Source of the DNA: Myxococcota bacterium
GTDB lineage: Bacteria; Myxococcota_A; UBA9160; UBA4427
Length of the DNA stretch: 64,000 nucleotides
Direction of reading: 5' to 3'
Assembly (NCBI GenBank): GCA_041389445.1
Contig: JAWKRW010000002.1
Location: 501,359 to 565,358 of the forward strand
Numbering within the stretch: position 1 is the stretch's first letter; every line of letters begins with the position of its first letter. A program made the position numbers and the translations under genes. The notes below the pieces were generated by a model. That model made no database searches and was not told the DNA's origin. It saw nothing but the letters and a program-made list of their open reading frames with translations. Shown piece by piece: positions 56,106-64,000 of the stretch.

Positions 56106-56909
56106 TCAGCCCAGGGGCGGGCGACGCGCCGGCTCCCCGCGACGCTTGCCACGCCCGAGCCCGGCGAGACCGATCCCGCCGGCAGCGAGCGCCATGGCCA
56201 CGCCCGGCTCCGGTACCGCGAAGACGGCCGCGCTCATCTCGAGCCGGAGATGGTAGGTCTCGGGCGAGCCCGTCGCGTTCTGGAAGCTCCAGCTCAGCGT
56301 CGGCGACTCGTCGACGATCGCCCCGCCCGCCGCCAGCGCGTAGGCGTCCAGCGCGAGCGGCATGTTCGAGCCCCCCGGATCGTTGATGTCGACGTCGGGC
56401 AGGTAGAGTCGGGAGCTCGCGAAGGCGTTCCCGACGTCGCCGGGCTCCGACTCGAGATAGACGTAGGTCTCACCCGAGTCGAGGACGAGATCGCCGGTGG
56501 TGAAGGGCTGCACGACGAACTCGAAGTCGTACGCGACCCCTGCCCCAACGGCGTCGCCCGATGCGACGGGGCCGAACACGAATGCCTCGGCGGAGCTCCA
56601 GAACTCGTTCGTCGGATCGTCGTTGTAGAGACTCGCCTGGGTGATGCCCTCGGAGACCGTGAGGTCCGCCTGCGGCCACTCGCCCGCCAGGCCGTCCCAG
56701 CTCTGCGTCGTCCAGACGATCGGCACCGTCGGCCCCGGCTGGTCCGACGCCCGAATGCGCTCGTCGAGCGTCGTCCAATCGAAGCCGGGCCCCGACCACG
56801 ACTCGACGTAGAGCCCGTTCTCGAGAAAGTTCATGCCGATCGAGACGTCCCAGGCCGCGGCGGGCGAGGCCATCGCGATGCCTGCGAGGGCGAGCAACGG
56901 GGCGGCCAT
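56106..56909 (-). CDS. Secreted hypothetical protein with canonical PEP-CTERM tail (267 aa)
   Basis: ATG at 56909 with a signal peptide (MAAPLLALAGIAMASPAAAWD). The C-terminus is FAVPEPGVAMALAAGGIGLAGLGRGKRR. The 63-aa extension in the track ORF merely reads through the 21-bp repeat. Confidence 0.75.
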   Translation of the reverse strand: MAAPLLALAGIAMASPAAAWDVSIGMNFLENGLYVESWSGPGFDWTTLDERIRASDQPGPTVPIVWTTQSWDGLAGEWPQADLTVSEGITQASLYNDDPTNEFWSSAEAFVFGPVASGDAVGAGVAYDFEFVVQPFTTGDLVLDSGETYVYLESEPGDVGNAFASSRLYLPDVDINDPGGSNMPLALDAYALAAGGAIVDESPTLSWSFQNATGSPETYHLRLEMSAAVFAVPEPGVAMALAAGGIGLAGLGRGKRRGEPARRPPLG

Positions 56910-57002
56910 CCGCGAGCCCGTCCGATCGGACCTCGCAGCCCGCCCGTCCCTGGTGCCCACCCGCCTCGAAATCCCGCGCTCCATTCCCGTGGTTCGTCGC
57001 AG

Positions 57003-57107
57003 CCCGCTCGCCATCTTCCGCATCTCGCTCTCCATCTTCCGCATGCCGCTCTTCCTCTTCCGCATGCCGCTCGCCCTTGTCCGCATGCCGCTCGCCATTC
57101 TCGGCTC
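57003..57107. repeat. 21-bp tandem repeat, about 5 copies, upstream of the PEP-CTERM gene
   Basis: The core CCGCAT recurs at 57018, 57039, 57060 and 57081, an exact 21-bp period. The units are cccgctcgccatcttccgcat, ctcgctctccatcttccgcat, gccgctcttcctcttccgcat, gccgctcgcccttgtccgcat and a partial gccgctcgccattctc. Confidence 0.8.
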
Positions 57108-57506
57108 CCGCTCGCCAGACTTCGTCTCTCACCACCCCGTCCAGCGAATCCGGCCCGAGCCGGGCCACGGCTGCGTCCGTCCGCCGAGCGCGGCGCCTCC
57201 GTCCATGATCGCGTGGGCGTTCGGTGACCATCCCCGATCGGGCGCGGCATGGCAAGCGGCGATCGCGAGGCCGACTAGCATCCCGACCCGAACATGCTCC
57301 GACGCCGTTCCGAGGATCAGAAAAACCCTCCGGCGACGAAGACTTGCTCGACCTTCTGCATCCCTTCGACGCGACGCCCCTGCGTCGTCCCGAGCACGGT
57401 GCATCCGAAGCCCGGGGCGGAGCCGATGGCCCGGGCCTGCCCGCTGTGTCCGACGAGCGGACGCGCCACAATCCGGAGCGGCTCCGAATCATGAAAGGAG
57501 GCGTCG

Positions 57507-58190
57507 ATGCCCCATCCCTCGATGCGCCTCGCATCGACGTCGATCTGCCAGCCGCTGCTGCTCCTGCTGCTCCTCGCGGGCTGCGGCGCGAGCCCGGGAC
57601 CGAAGCATCCGGGCGCGCATCGAACCTTCGACGACCCGGCCGCCTGCGTGCGCCGGTGGGAGGATCCGGCCCGGGATACCTGGCAGCGCCCCGCGGATCT
57701 GGTCGCGGCGCTGGGCGTCGAGGCCGGCATGACGGTGGCCGACATCGGGACGGGGACGGGCTACCTGCTGCCCTGGTTGAGCCGCGCCGTCGGTCCGGAC
57801 GGTCGGGTCGAGGCCGTCGACGTCTCCCCGCCGATGCTCGAGTGGGTCGCGGAGCGCGCGGACCGGGAGGGACTCGACAACGTAACGACCGTTCAGGCGA
57901 GCGGCCATGCGACCGGGCTGGCGCCCGGATCCGTCGACCGCGCGATCCTGATCAACGTCTGGCATCACGTCGAGGACCCGGCCGCCTACGCGCGCAGCCT
58001 GTATGCATCGCTGCGGGCGGGCGGGACGCTCTTCATCGTCGAGACGAAGCTCGACGCGCCGGAAGGTCCGCCGCGTCGGTTCCGGCTCGCGCCGTCTCGG
58101 GTCGTCGAGGCGCTCGAGCAGGCCGGCTTCGAGGCCTCCGTCGATCCCTTCGAGATCGACCGGCAATACGTGGTGCGCGGGCACAGATGA
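57507..58190 (+). CDS. Lipoprotein-type class I SAM-dependent methyltransferase
   Basis: An AAAGGAGG Shine-Dalgarno is present. A lipobox is present (LLLLLLLAGC). Motif I is VADIGTGTGYL. Confidence 0.85.
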   Translation: MPHPSMRLASTSICQPLLLLLLLAGCGASPGPKHPGAHRTFDDPAACVRRWEDPARDTWQRPADLVAALGVEAGMTVADIGTGTGYLLPWLSRAVGPDGRVEAVDVSPPMLEWVAERADREGLDNVTTVQASGHATGLAPGSVDRAILINVWHHVEDPAAYARSLYASLRAGGTLFIVETKLDAPEGPPRRFRLAPSRVVEALEQAGFEASVDPFEIDRQYVVRGHR

Positions 58191-58275
58191 GCCCGGCGCC
58201 GCGCGCGCGGCGTGCAGCGCCCGCGAAGGCTGGCAGAATCCCGGAACCCGACGAGCGCTCCCTCCCGGAGGCGAC

Positions 58276-59046
58276 GTGTTCCCGATTCGCGACGACAACC
58301 CCCATTTCCTGACGCCCTGGGCGACCTGGGCGCTCGTGGCGGCGAACGCGCTCAGCTGGGCGTTCGTCCAGGGCTTCGGCAGCGAGACCGCGCTCGTGCG
58401 TTCGGTCTGCGATCACGGGCTCATCGCCGGCGAGCTGCTGCAGACGGCCGCCGTCGGCACCCGCTTCGAGCTCGGCCCGAACGCGGCCTGCGTCGTGACG
58501 GACGTGCCCCATCCGCTCACGCTGCTGAGCCACATGTTCCTCCACGGCGGCTGGATGCATCTCCTCGGCAACCTCTGGTTCCTCTGGATCTTCGGCAACA
58601 ACGTCGAGGATTCGATGGGGCATCTCCGCTTCGCGGTCTTCTACCTGATCTGCGGGCTCACCGCCGCGGCGGCGCAGATCCTCTCCGCGCCGAGCTCGGC
58701 CGTCCCGATGATCGGCGCGTCCGGCGCGATCGGCGGCGTGATGGGCGCCTACCTGATGCTCTACCCGCGCGTCCACGTCCACATGCTCGTCTGGTTCGGC
58801 TTCTACGTCACGACGATCGCGGTCCCCGCGATCTGGATGCTGGCCTACTGGTTCCTGGTGCAGGTCGTCGGCGGCGTCGGCTCGCTCGGGGTCGAGACGG
58901 GTGGCGTCGCGTTCTGGGCCCACGTCGGGGGATTCCTCGCGGGCGTCGTCCTGGTCTTCCCGTTCCGCAACGAGGCGCTGGTCGATCGCCATCCGCAGCA
59001 CGGCTGGCGCGCCGCACACGAACGGGACCTGCCCCGCGCACTCTGA
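58276..59046 (+). CDS. Rhomboid-family intramembrane serine protease
   Basis: GTG at 58276 with a GGAGG Shine-Dalgarno. Diagnostic strings are HMFLHGGWMHLLGNLWFLWIFG, the catalytic Ser context GASGAIGGVMGAY and the His context AHVGGFLAG. Confidence 0.9.
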   Translation: MFPIRDDNPHFLTPWATWALVAANALSWAFVQGFGSETALVRSVCDHGLIAGELLQTAAVGTRFELGPNAACVVTDVPHPLTLLSHMFLHGGWMHLLGNLWFLWIFGNNVEDSMGHLRFAVFYLICGLTAAAAQILSAPSSAVPMIGASGAIGGVMGAYLMLYPRVHVHMLVWFGFYVTTIAVPAIWMLAYWFLVQVVGGVGSLGVETGGVAFWAHVGGFLAGVVLVFPFRNEALVDRHPQHGWRAAHERDLPRAL

Positions 59047-59144
59047 ACCGCTCGCGCTTCCGCCCGGCTCACGGCGTACGTTAGGCCTCGGGTCGACGCG
59101 TCGCGCGTGCGGCCTCGGCTGCCGGCGCGGATGCGAATGGCGAC

Positions 59145-59166
59145 GGGGATGGGGATGGGGATGGGG
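59145..59166 (+). other. Canonical G-quadruplex-forming motif (GGGGAT)3GGGG
   Basis: The sequence is ggggatggggatggggatgggg. Four G4 tracts at 59145-48, 59151-54, 59157-60 and 59163-66 are separated by 2-nt loops. It sits on the coding-sense strand in the 306-bp gap upstream of gene 59353. Confidence 0.7.
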
Positions 59167-59352
59167 ACGCGGACACGGATGACGGGCGTGCGAACCGAAG
59201 CGCGGTTCGATGCCGATTCGGACGGCACTTCGGCGACTTGATCCGCCGCATCGGGTCCGCGAAGCTCCGATGGCTCGGCCTCGATTCGATGACCTGCTCG
59301 GACTCCGGTGGATCGACGCTTGAAGGACGCCCCGCAGCGCAGCCAGCCCTCG

Positions 59353-61311
59353 ATGCGCGCCCGGATCATGCTCGCGCTCGCCGGAACGATCCTCGGGCTC
59401 GGGCTGGTCGAGGGGATCTGTCGCCTCGCCGTGGTCGACGACGAGCGGGAGCCGGAATCGCTGTGGGGCTCGGCGCTGCTTCCGAAGGACGTAGAGGATC
59501 TCCGCATCGCCGGCCGCTCCGAGGGGGAGTACCGCTATCTGCGGGTCGATCCGCGCCTCGGCTGGACCATCGCGCCGGGCACTTCGACGGACAACGGCGT
59601 CCTCTACTCGGCCGACGGAGCCGGCCTGCGCGTCCTGCCGGAGGGGGGCGACTCCGGCTCGCGCCCGCCGTCGCCGGCCGAAGACGGCGCGGCGCGCACC
59701 CGGGCCGCGAACGACGCGTCCGGCGCCCGGGCCGCGCCGATCCGCATCGCGGCCTTCGGCGACTCGTTCACGCACTGCGACGAGGTGCCCTATGAGGACT
59801 GCTGGACGTACGACGTCGAGCGCGCGTCGGGCATGCCGGTCTTCAACGCCGGCGTCCCGGGATACGGCACCGACCAGGCCTACCTCCGCTATCTCGAGAT
59901 GCGATCGACGCTGCGACCCGACGTCGTCGTGCTCGGGCTGATGATCGCCGACGTCAAGCGCAACGTGAACGTGTTCCGGACCTTCCTGAGCGGCTGGACG
60001 GCCTGGAGCAAGCCCCGATTCGTGGTCGCCGGCGACGGGCTCGAGCTGATCAATCGCCCCGCCGCATCGCCCGCCGAGGTGCCCGATCTGATCGCCCGCG
60101 GCGATCCGCTGCTCGCCCTCGACTGGTGGTACGAGCCGGCGGAATGGCGGAGCCGGCCGTTCGACTTCAGCGTCGCCTACCGCTTCGCCCGGGCCCGCCT
60201 CTTCCGACCCCGCCCCCGACCGAGCGTCTTCGAGCCGGGCAGCGAGCCGATCCTCGTCACCGCGCGGATCGTCGAGGCCTTCGCGCGGGACGTCGAGCGC
60301 GAAGGGGGACGCTTCCTCTGCCTCGTCATTCCGAGCCAGCCCGATCTGCGGTACGGCGATCCGGTCCCGTGGCAGCCGCTGCTCACCCTCCTTCGCCGCG
60401 CCGACGTGACCGTCGTCGACCCGACGAACGACCTGCGCGCGCTCGCGGACTCGCCGGAGCTGTTCCGTCCTTTCGGCCACTACGGCCCCGCCGGCAACGA
60501 CGTGCTCGCCCGCTTCGTCCTGCGCGCGATCCGCGAGGGCTGGGCCCGCGCGACCAGGCCGCAGGAGCCGAAGGAGCGGGACACGATCGGAGTCTTCGAT
60601 CCGGTCGGACGAATCTTCGCCCTGCGCAACGCCAATGCGGCGGGCGACGCGGATCGATCCTTGCGCTTCGGTCCCGAAGGCGCCGTGCCGATCGCCGGGG
60701 ACTTCGACGGAGACGGCGTCGATTCGATCGGCGTGTACGCGCCGGCGCGCGGCGAGTTCCTGCAGCGGGATTCGAATTCGGAGGGGCCTGCCGCGCGGGT
60801 CTTCCGCTTCGGCGGAACCCGGCAGAGCTTCCTCCCGATCGCGGGCGATTGGGACGGTCGGGGCGGCGATTCCGTCGGCGTCTACAGCCCGAAGCTCGGC
60901 CGCTTCTTCCTCCGCAACGCGAACGACGCGGGGCCGCCCGACGTGCAGACCCCCTTCGGACCGACCGACGCGAGCCCGACCTGGCACCCGATCGCCGGAG
61001 ATTGGTCCGGTCGCCATCGGGGCGACGGCATCGGACTCTACGATTCGTCGACCGGACGATTCGCCCTGAAGCACGATCCGACCACCGGCGGACCCGCCGA
61101 CATCGAGTTCCGGTTCGGGGCCGCCGGTCGCGGTCTGATTCCGATCGTCGGCGATTGGGACGGGGACGGCATCGATACGATCGGACTCTACGACCCGGTC
61201 GAGCGGACCTTCTTCCTCCACAATGCGAACGCCGACGGCCCGGCGGAGCGGGTCTTCCGCTTCGATTCGCCGCAACGATTGCCCATCGCGGGCAACTTCG
61301 ACGGGCTCTGA
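59353..61311 (+). CDS. SGNH-hydrolase-like domain fused to 4-5 FG-GAP/VCBS-like repeats
   Basis: An N-terminal anchor is present (IMLALAGTILGLGLVEG). IRIAAFGDSFTHC is GDS block I, followed by FNAGVPGYGTDQ. The repeats are IAGDFDGDGVDSIGVY, IAGDWDGRGGDSVGVY, IAGDWSGRHRGDGIGLY, IVGDWDGDGIDTIGLY and IAGNFDG. The start may be GTG 59308 or ATG 59353. Confidence 0.8.
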   Translation: MRARIMLALAGTILGLGLVEGICRLAVVDDEREPESLWGSALLPKDVEDLRIAGRSEGEYRYLRVDPRLGWTIAPGTSTDNGVLYSADGAGLRVLPEGGDSGSRPPSPAEDGAARTRAANDASGARAAPIRIAAFGDSFTHCDEVPYEDCWTYDVERASGMPVFNAGVPGYGTDQAYLRYLEMRSTLRPDVVVLGLMIADVKRNVNVFRTFLSGWTAWSKPRFVVAGDGLELINRPAASPAEVPDLIARGDPLLALDWWYEPAEWRSRPFDFSVAYRFARARLFRPRPRPSVFEPGSEPILVTARIVEAFARDVEREGGRFLCLVIPSQPDLRYGDPVPWQPLLTLLRRADVTVVDPTNDLRALADSPELFRPFGHYGPAGNDVLARFVLRAIREGWARATRPQEPKERDTIGVFDPVGRIFALRNANAAGDADRSLRFGPEGAVPIAGDFDGDGVDSIGVYAPARGEFLQRDSNSEGPAARVFRFGGTRQSFLPIAGDWDGRGGDSVGVYSPKLGRFFLRNANDAGPPDVQTPFGPTDASPTWHPIAGDWSGRHRGDGIGLYDSSTGRFALKHDPTTGGPADIEFRFGAAGRGLIPIVGDWDGDGIDTIGLYDPVERTFFLHNANADGPAERVFRFDSPQRLPIAGNFDGL

Positions 61312-61477
61312 ACCGCCCGCGTGCCGATCCCGTCGACGGAAGGGGTCGAGCGCATCGACCGGGACGGGACTATCTGTACCCGTCACGCCGCGCCCCTGGC
61401 ACGGGCCGTGCGCGACGGCGCGACCGCTGGACCGCGAGTCGATCCGGGCCAAGCCCGTCGACGGTCGGGAGGGAAAC

Positions 61478-62596
61478 TTGACGAATGCAGCCAGGCCGAA
61501 GCGCACGAAGGTCGCGCGGCGCGCGGCGACCGCCTCGAGCGCGGACCCGTCGGGCCGCGGAGGGGCGACGAAGCGGCCGCGCCGGTCCACGCCACCGCCG
61601 CACGCGCAGATGCTCGCCCTCCTGACGGGCCACTGGGTCGCGCAGATGCTCTTCGCCTTCGTGAAGCTCGGCCTCCCCGATCGGCTCGGGACGAAGGCCC
61701 TGGCCCCCGACGACCTCGCCGATGCGCTCGGCGCGAACGCCGGACATCTGCGACGTTTGCTGCGGGCGCTCGCGAGCTGTGGCGTCGTCGAGGAAGGCGC
61801 ACGCGGGCGCTTCCGGCTGACGCCCCTCGGCCGCACCCTCCGCAGCGGTCCGGGGAGCCTGCGCGACTTCGCGCTCATGATCGTGGCGCCCTACAACACG
61901 CGGGCCTGGGAGAAGCTCGCGGACGCGGTCACCCTCGGACGTCCGGGGTTCGACCTCGCTTTCGGCCGCCCGGTCTTCGAGTATCTCGCCGCGCATCCCG
62001 ACGACGACCGACAGTTCTCGGCCTCGATGGCGTCCATCTCGGCAGGCGAGAGCGACGCGATCGCACGCGCCTATCCCTGGCGACGCCACGCGCGCATCGT
62101 CGACGTCGGCGGCGCGCATGGCCATCTGCTCGCGGCGATCCTGCGTCGCCATCCGCGCGTGCGCGGCGTGCTCTACGACCAGCCGCAGGTCGTGGCGGGC
62201 GCCGAAGCGAGCGGATTCCTGGGCGAACCGCGGCTGCGGGAGCGCAGCGAGATCCGGGGCGGGAGCTTCTTCGAGGCGGTCCCGACCGGCGCCGACGCCT
62301 ACTTCATGAAGTACATCCTCCACGACTGGGACGATCCGCGCGCGGAGCGGATCCTCGCGCTCTGTCGCGACGCGATGGCTCCGGGCGGTCGCGTGCTCGT
62401 CATCGACCGCGTGATCGCCGCCGGCAATGCACCCGATTGGAGCAAATGGCTCGACATCAACATGATGGTCGGGCCGGGCGGGCTCGAGCGGACGCGTGCC
62501 GAGTTCCAGGCGCTCTTCGCGCGAACGGGGCTGCGGCTCGTGAAGGTCCATGCGACGAAGAGCCCGCTGTCGATCCTCGAGGCGGAGCGCGGGTGA
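61478..62596 (+). CDS. SAM-dependent O-methyltransferase (COMT/dimerisation-domain family)
   Basis: Diagnostic strings are an N-terminal dimerisation-like helix region (GHWVAQMLFAFVKLGLPDRL), IVDVGGAHGHL (motif I) and YFMKYILHDWDD. The TTG at 61478 with a GGGAGGG Shine-Dalgarno is preferred; an alternative ATG lies at 61610. Confidence 0.8.
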   Translation: MTNAARPKRTKVARRAATASSADPSGRGGATKRPRRSTPPPHAQMLALLTGHWVAQMLFAFVKLGLPDRLGTKALAPDDLADALGANAGHLRRLLRALASCGVVEEGARGRFRLTPLGRTLRSGPGSLRDFALMIVAPYNTRAWEKLADAVTLGRPGFDLAFGRPVFEYLAAHPDDDRQFSASMASISAGESDAIARAYPWRRHARIVDVGGAHGHLLAAILRRHPRVRGVLYDQPQVVAGAEASGFLGEPRLRERSEIRGGSFFEAVPTGADAYFMKYILHDWDDPRAERILALCRDAMAPGGRVLVIDRVIAAGNAPDWSKWLDINMMVGPGGLERTRAEFQALFARTGLRLVKVHATKSPLSILEAERG

Positions 62597-63909
62597 GCCG
62601 CCTCTTCTACGGCTGGCGGATCGTCGGCGTCGCGGCGCTCGCCCAGACCGTGTCGGTCGGTACGACCTTCTACGCCTACGGCGTCTTCGTCAAGCCGCTG
62701 ATCGCCGAGTTCGACGTCTCGCGCCTCGCCGTGACGATGGGCCTCACGCTCACGATGATCGTGCAGGGCCTGATCGCGCCCTTCCTCGGGCGGGCGCTCG
62801 ACCGCCATTCGCCGCGCACGATCCTGGTCTGTGGCGTCCTGCTCGAGGCGGTCGGGATGCTGCTCCTCGCGCGGGCGGCCGCCTTCTGGCAGCTCGGCCT
62901 CCTCTTCGTCGGCGCGATCGGCATCGGGTCCTACCTCTTCAGTCCGCTCGCGACCTCGGCCGTCGTGGGTCGCTGGTTCGATCGCCAGCGCGGCCGGGCG
63001 CTCGGGATCACCGCGCTCGGCTCCGCCGCCGGCGGCATCTTCGCGCCGCCTCTCGTGACGGCTGCCATCGCCGCGCTCGGCTGGCGCGGGGCCGCGGGCG
63101 CGATGGGCGGCGTGCTCCTGCTGCTCGTCGCGCCGATCGCGCTCGTCGTCGTCCGCCAGCCCGAGGATCTCGGCCTGACACCGGACGGCGACGCCCGAGC
63201 GCCCCGCCCTCGGCCGATCGCGGACGTTAGCAGCGCCGTCGCGACGCCGGCGCCCACGACGGCCGCGCTGCTGCGGCAGCGCAACTTCTGGGCGATCACG
63301 ATCGCGATCGGCCTCACCTACAGCCCCGTCAGCGTCTTGCTGGCGCATCTCGTCCCCTACGGCACCGACCTCGGTCTCGAGCCCGCGCGCGCCGCGATCG
63401 TGATGTCGGGATTCGGATTCGGTGCAGCGGCCGGACGGCTGCCCTTCGGCTGGCTGGCGGACCGGGTCGATCGACGCATCGCCGTCTGGATCATGCTCGG
63501 ATGGATGGCCCTCGCGTTCTGGTCGCTGCTCGGCGAGCCCGCCTTCCCCCGTCTGCTCGCCGCCGCGACCGCCGTCGGCTTCGCGGTCGGCGGCACCATC
63601 CCGCTCTGGGGCGCGCTCGCCGGCGCCGCCTTCGGCCGCCACGCCATCGGCAGCGCGATGGGCCTGATGAACCTGCTGATGCTGCCCTTCAGCATCTCCG
63701 GAGCGCCGCTCGCCGCCTGGGTCTTCGACCGGACCGGGAGCTATGCGATCGCCTTCGCGAGCTTCCTGGCCTGCTTCCCCCTCGGCGCGGTGGCGATCGC
63801 GTTCCTCCGGATCGACGCGCGCGATCCGCAGGGCGTCTCGAGCGATGGCGCGCTCGATGACACGGCCTCGAGCGTCCGCCTCGAGGGCGCGGACGGAGGA
63901 CCGGGATGA
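62593..63909 (+). CDS. MFS transporter
   Basis: The GTG at 62593 overlaps the upstream stop (GTGA). There are about 12 hydrophobic helices. GRALDRHSPRT and GWLADRVDRR are MFS loop motifs. Confidence 0.9.
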   Translation: MSRLFYGWRIVGVAALAQTVSVGTTFYAYGVFVKPLIAEFDVSRLAVTMGLTLTMIVQGLIAPFLGRALDRHSPRTILVCGVLLEAVGMLLLARAAAFWQLGLLFVGAIGIGSYLFSPLATSAVVGRWFDRQRGRALGITALGSAAGGIFAPPLVTAAIAALGWRGAAGAMGGVLLLLVAPIALVVVRQPEDLGLTPDGDARAPRPRPIADVSSAVATPAPTTAALLRQRNFWAITIAIGLTYSPVSVLLAHLVPYGTDLGLEPARAAIVMSGFGFGAAAGRLPFGWLADRVDRRIAVWIMLGWMALAFWSLLGEPAFPRLLAAATAVGFAVGGTIPLWGALAGAAFGRHAIGSAMGLMNLLMLPFSISGAPLAAWVFDRTGSYAIAFASFLACFPLGAVAIAFLRIDARDPQGVSSDGALDDTASSVRLEGADGGPG

Positions 63910-64000
63910 AGAGCATCGGACTCAACCGCGTCGAGCTGATCGTGCGCGAGGACCAGATCGACGAAGCGGTCGAGCGGTTCAACGCCCTGCTCGGCACGCG
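63906..64000 (+). CDS. Hypothetical protein, 5' fragment (possibly VOC/glyoxalase-like); continues past the window end
   Basis: The ATG at 63906 overlaps the MFS stop (ATGA). The translation MKSIGLNRVELIVREDQIDEAVERFNALLGT resembles the first beta-alpha unit of VOC-family proteins. Only 31 codons are visible. Confidence 0.45.
   Translation, partial: MKSIGLNRVELIVREDQIDEAVERFNALLGT

Noticed and set aside
56910-57098. Heptad-repeat peptide (ASGMRKR/KSGMRKM...) as an N-terminal extension of the PEP-CTERM protein, or GERHAxx repeats in ORF 56470..57534
   Set aside because: The periodicity is a by-product of the 21-bp DNA repeat, and every frame gives heptads. The signal peptide begins only at the ATG at 56909, and the rest of those ORFs is junk.
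57317-57500. GC3-rich minus-strand tail ...PLRIVARPLVGHSGQARAIGSAPGFGCTVLGTTQGRRVEGMQKVEQVFVAGGFF* that looks like the C-terminus of a real protein
   Set aside because: It has no credible start. The only candidate is an internal GTG giving about 49 aa, and upstream the frame runs antisense into the methyltransferase gene. It may be a gene remnant, but it is not supportable as a feature.
58845-59507. Minus-strand ORF containing PIPIPIPV
   Set aside because: The Pro-Ile repeat is simply the antisense reading of the (GGGGAT)n microsatellite, and the rest of the ORF is junk.

Overview
Very GC-rich chromosomal segment with third codon positions almost all G/C. It appears to come from a Gram-negative-type bacterium: it has lipoboxes, a NodT/TolC-type outer-membrane lipoprotein and many PEP-CTERM tails. 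I support about 55 protein genes. I saw no rRNA, tRNA, CRISPR array, transposase or integrase. Most of the long Arg/Ala/Pro-rich ORFs in the six-frame track are shadow ORFs lying antisense or out of frame to real genes. Starts below were re-picked from in-frame Shine-Dalgarno motifs and from stop/start overlaps. Content by position: (1) 0-8 kb holds envelope genes: a partial SGNH hydrolase, a GT2 glycosyltransferase, LysR, and a minus-strand cluster of FG-GAP lipoprotein, NagZ, VanY-like M15 peptidase and an unknown protein. (2) 9-23 kb is an oxidoreductase/hydrolase island: acyl-CoA ligase, nitronate monooxygenase, two luciferase-like monooxygenases, TauD, GST-like protein, amidohydrolase, EthD, nitrilase, methyltransferase and GFA. 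(3) 24.4-35.1 kb is an island of large secreted proteins. It includes an 825-aa PEP-CTERM protein with six tandem six-cysteine repeats that I cannot assign to a named family, a Gly-rich gene translationally coupled to it but broken by a frameshift, a 760-aa FG-GAP PEP-CTERM protein, an 814-aa orphan secreted protein and a beta-helix protein. (4) 36-41.6 kb holds MFS, HIT, SelO and a Prx-Grx/OxyR pair. (5) 43.5-45 kb holds an orphan OMF lipoprotein. (6) 46.7-48 kb is a Family-1 encapsulin operon (EncFtn plus shell) whose cargo targeting motif is internal rather than C-terminal. A second, tail-less EncFtn paralog lies at 23.2 kb. (7) 48-64 kb holds CoA-transferase, DinB-like, CBS, flavin monooxygenase, DUF2254, a PLP enzyme, another PEP-CTERM protein, rhomboid, an SGNH-FG-GAP fusion and an O-methyltransferase/MFS/VOC-like operon. 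Non-coding oddities are a 42-bp, a 34-bp and a 21-bp tandem repeat and a canonical G-quadruplex motif. The best candidates for something undescribed are the Cys-repeat/PEP-CTERM secreted-protein island and the atypical encapsulin cargo arrangement. All functional calls rest on recognising motifs by eye, not on database searches.
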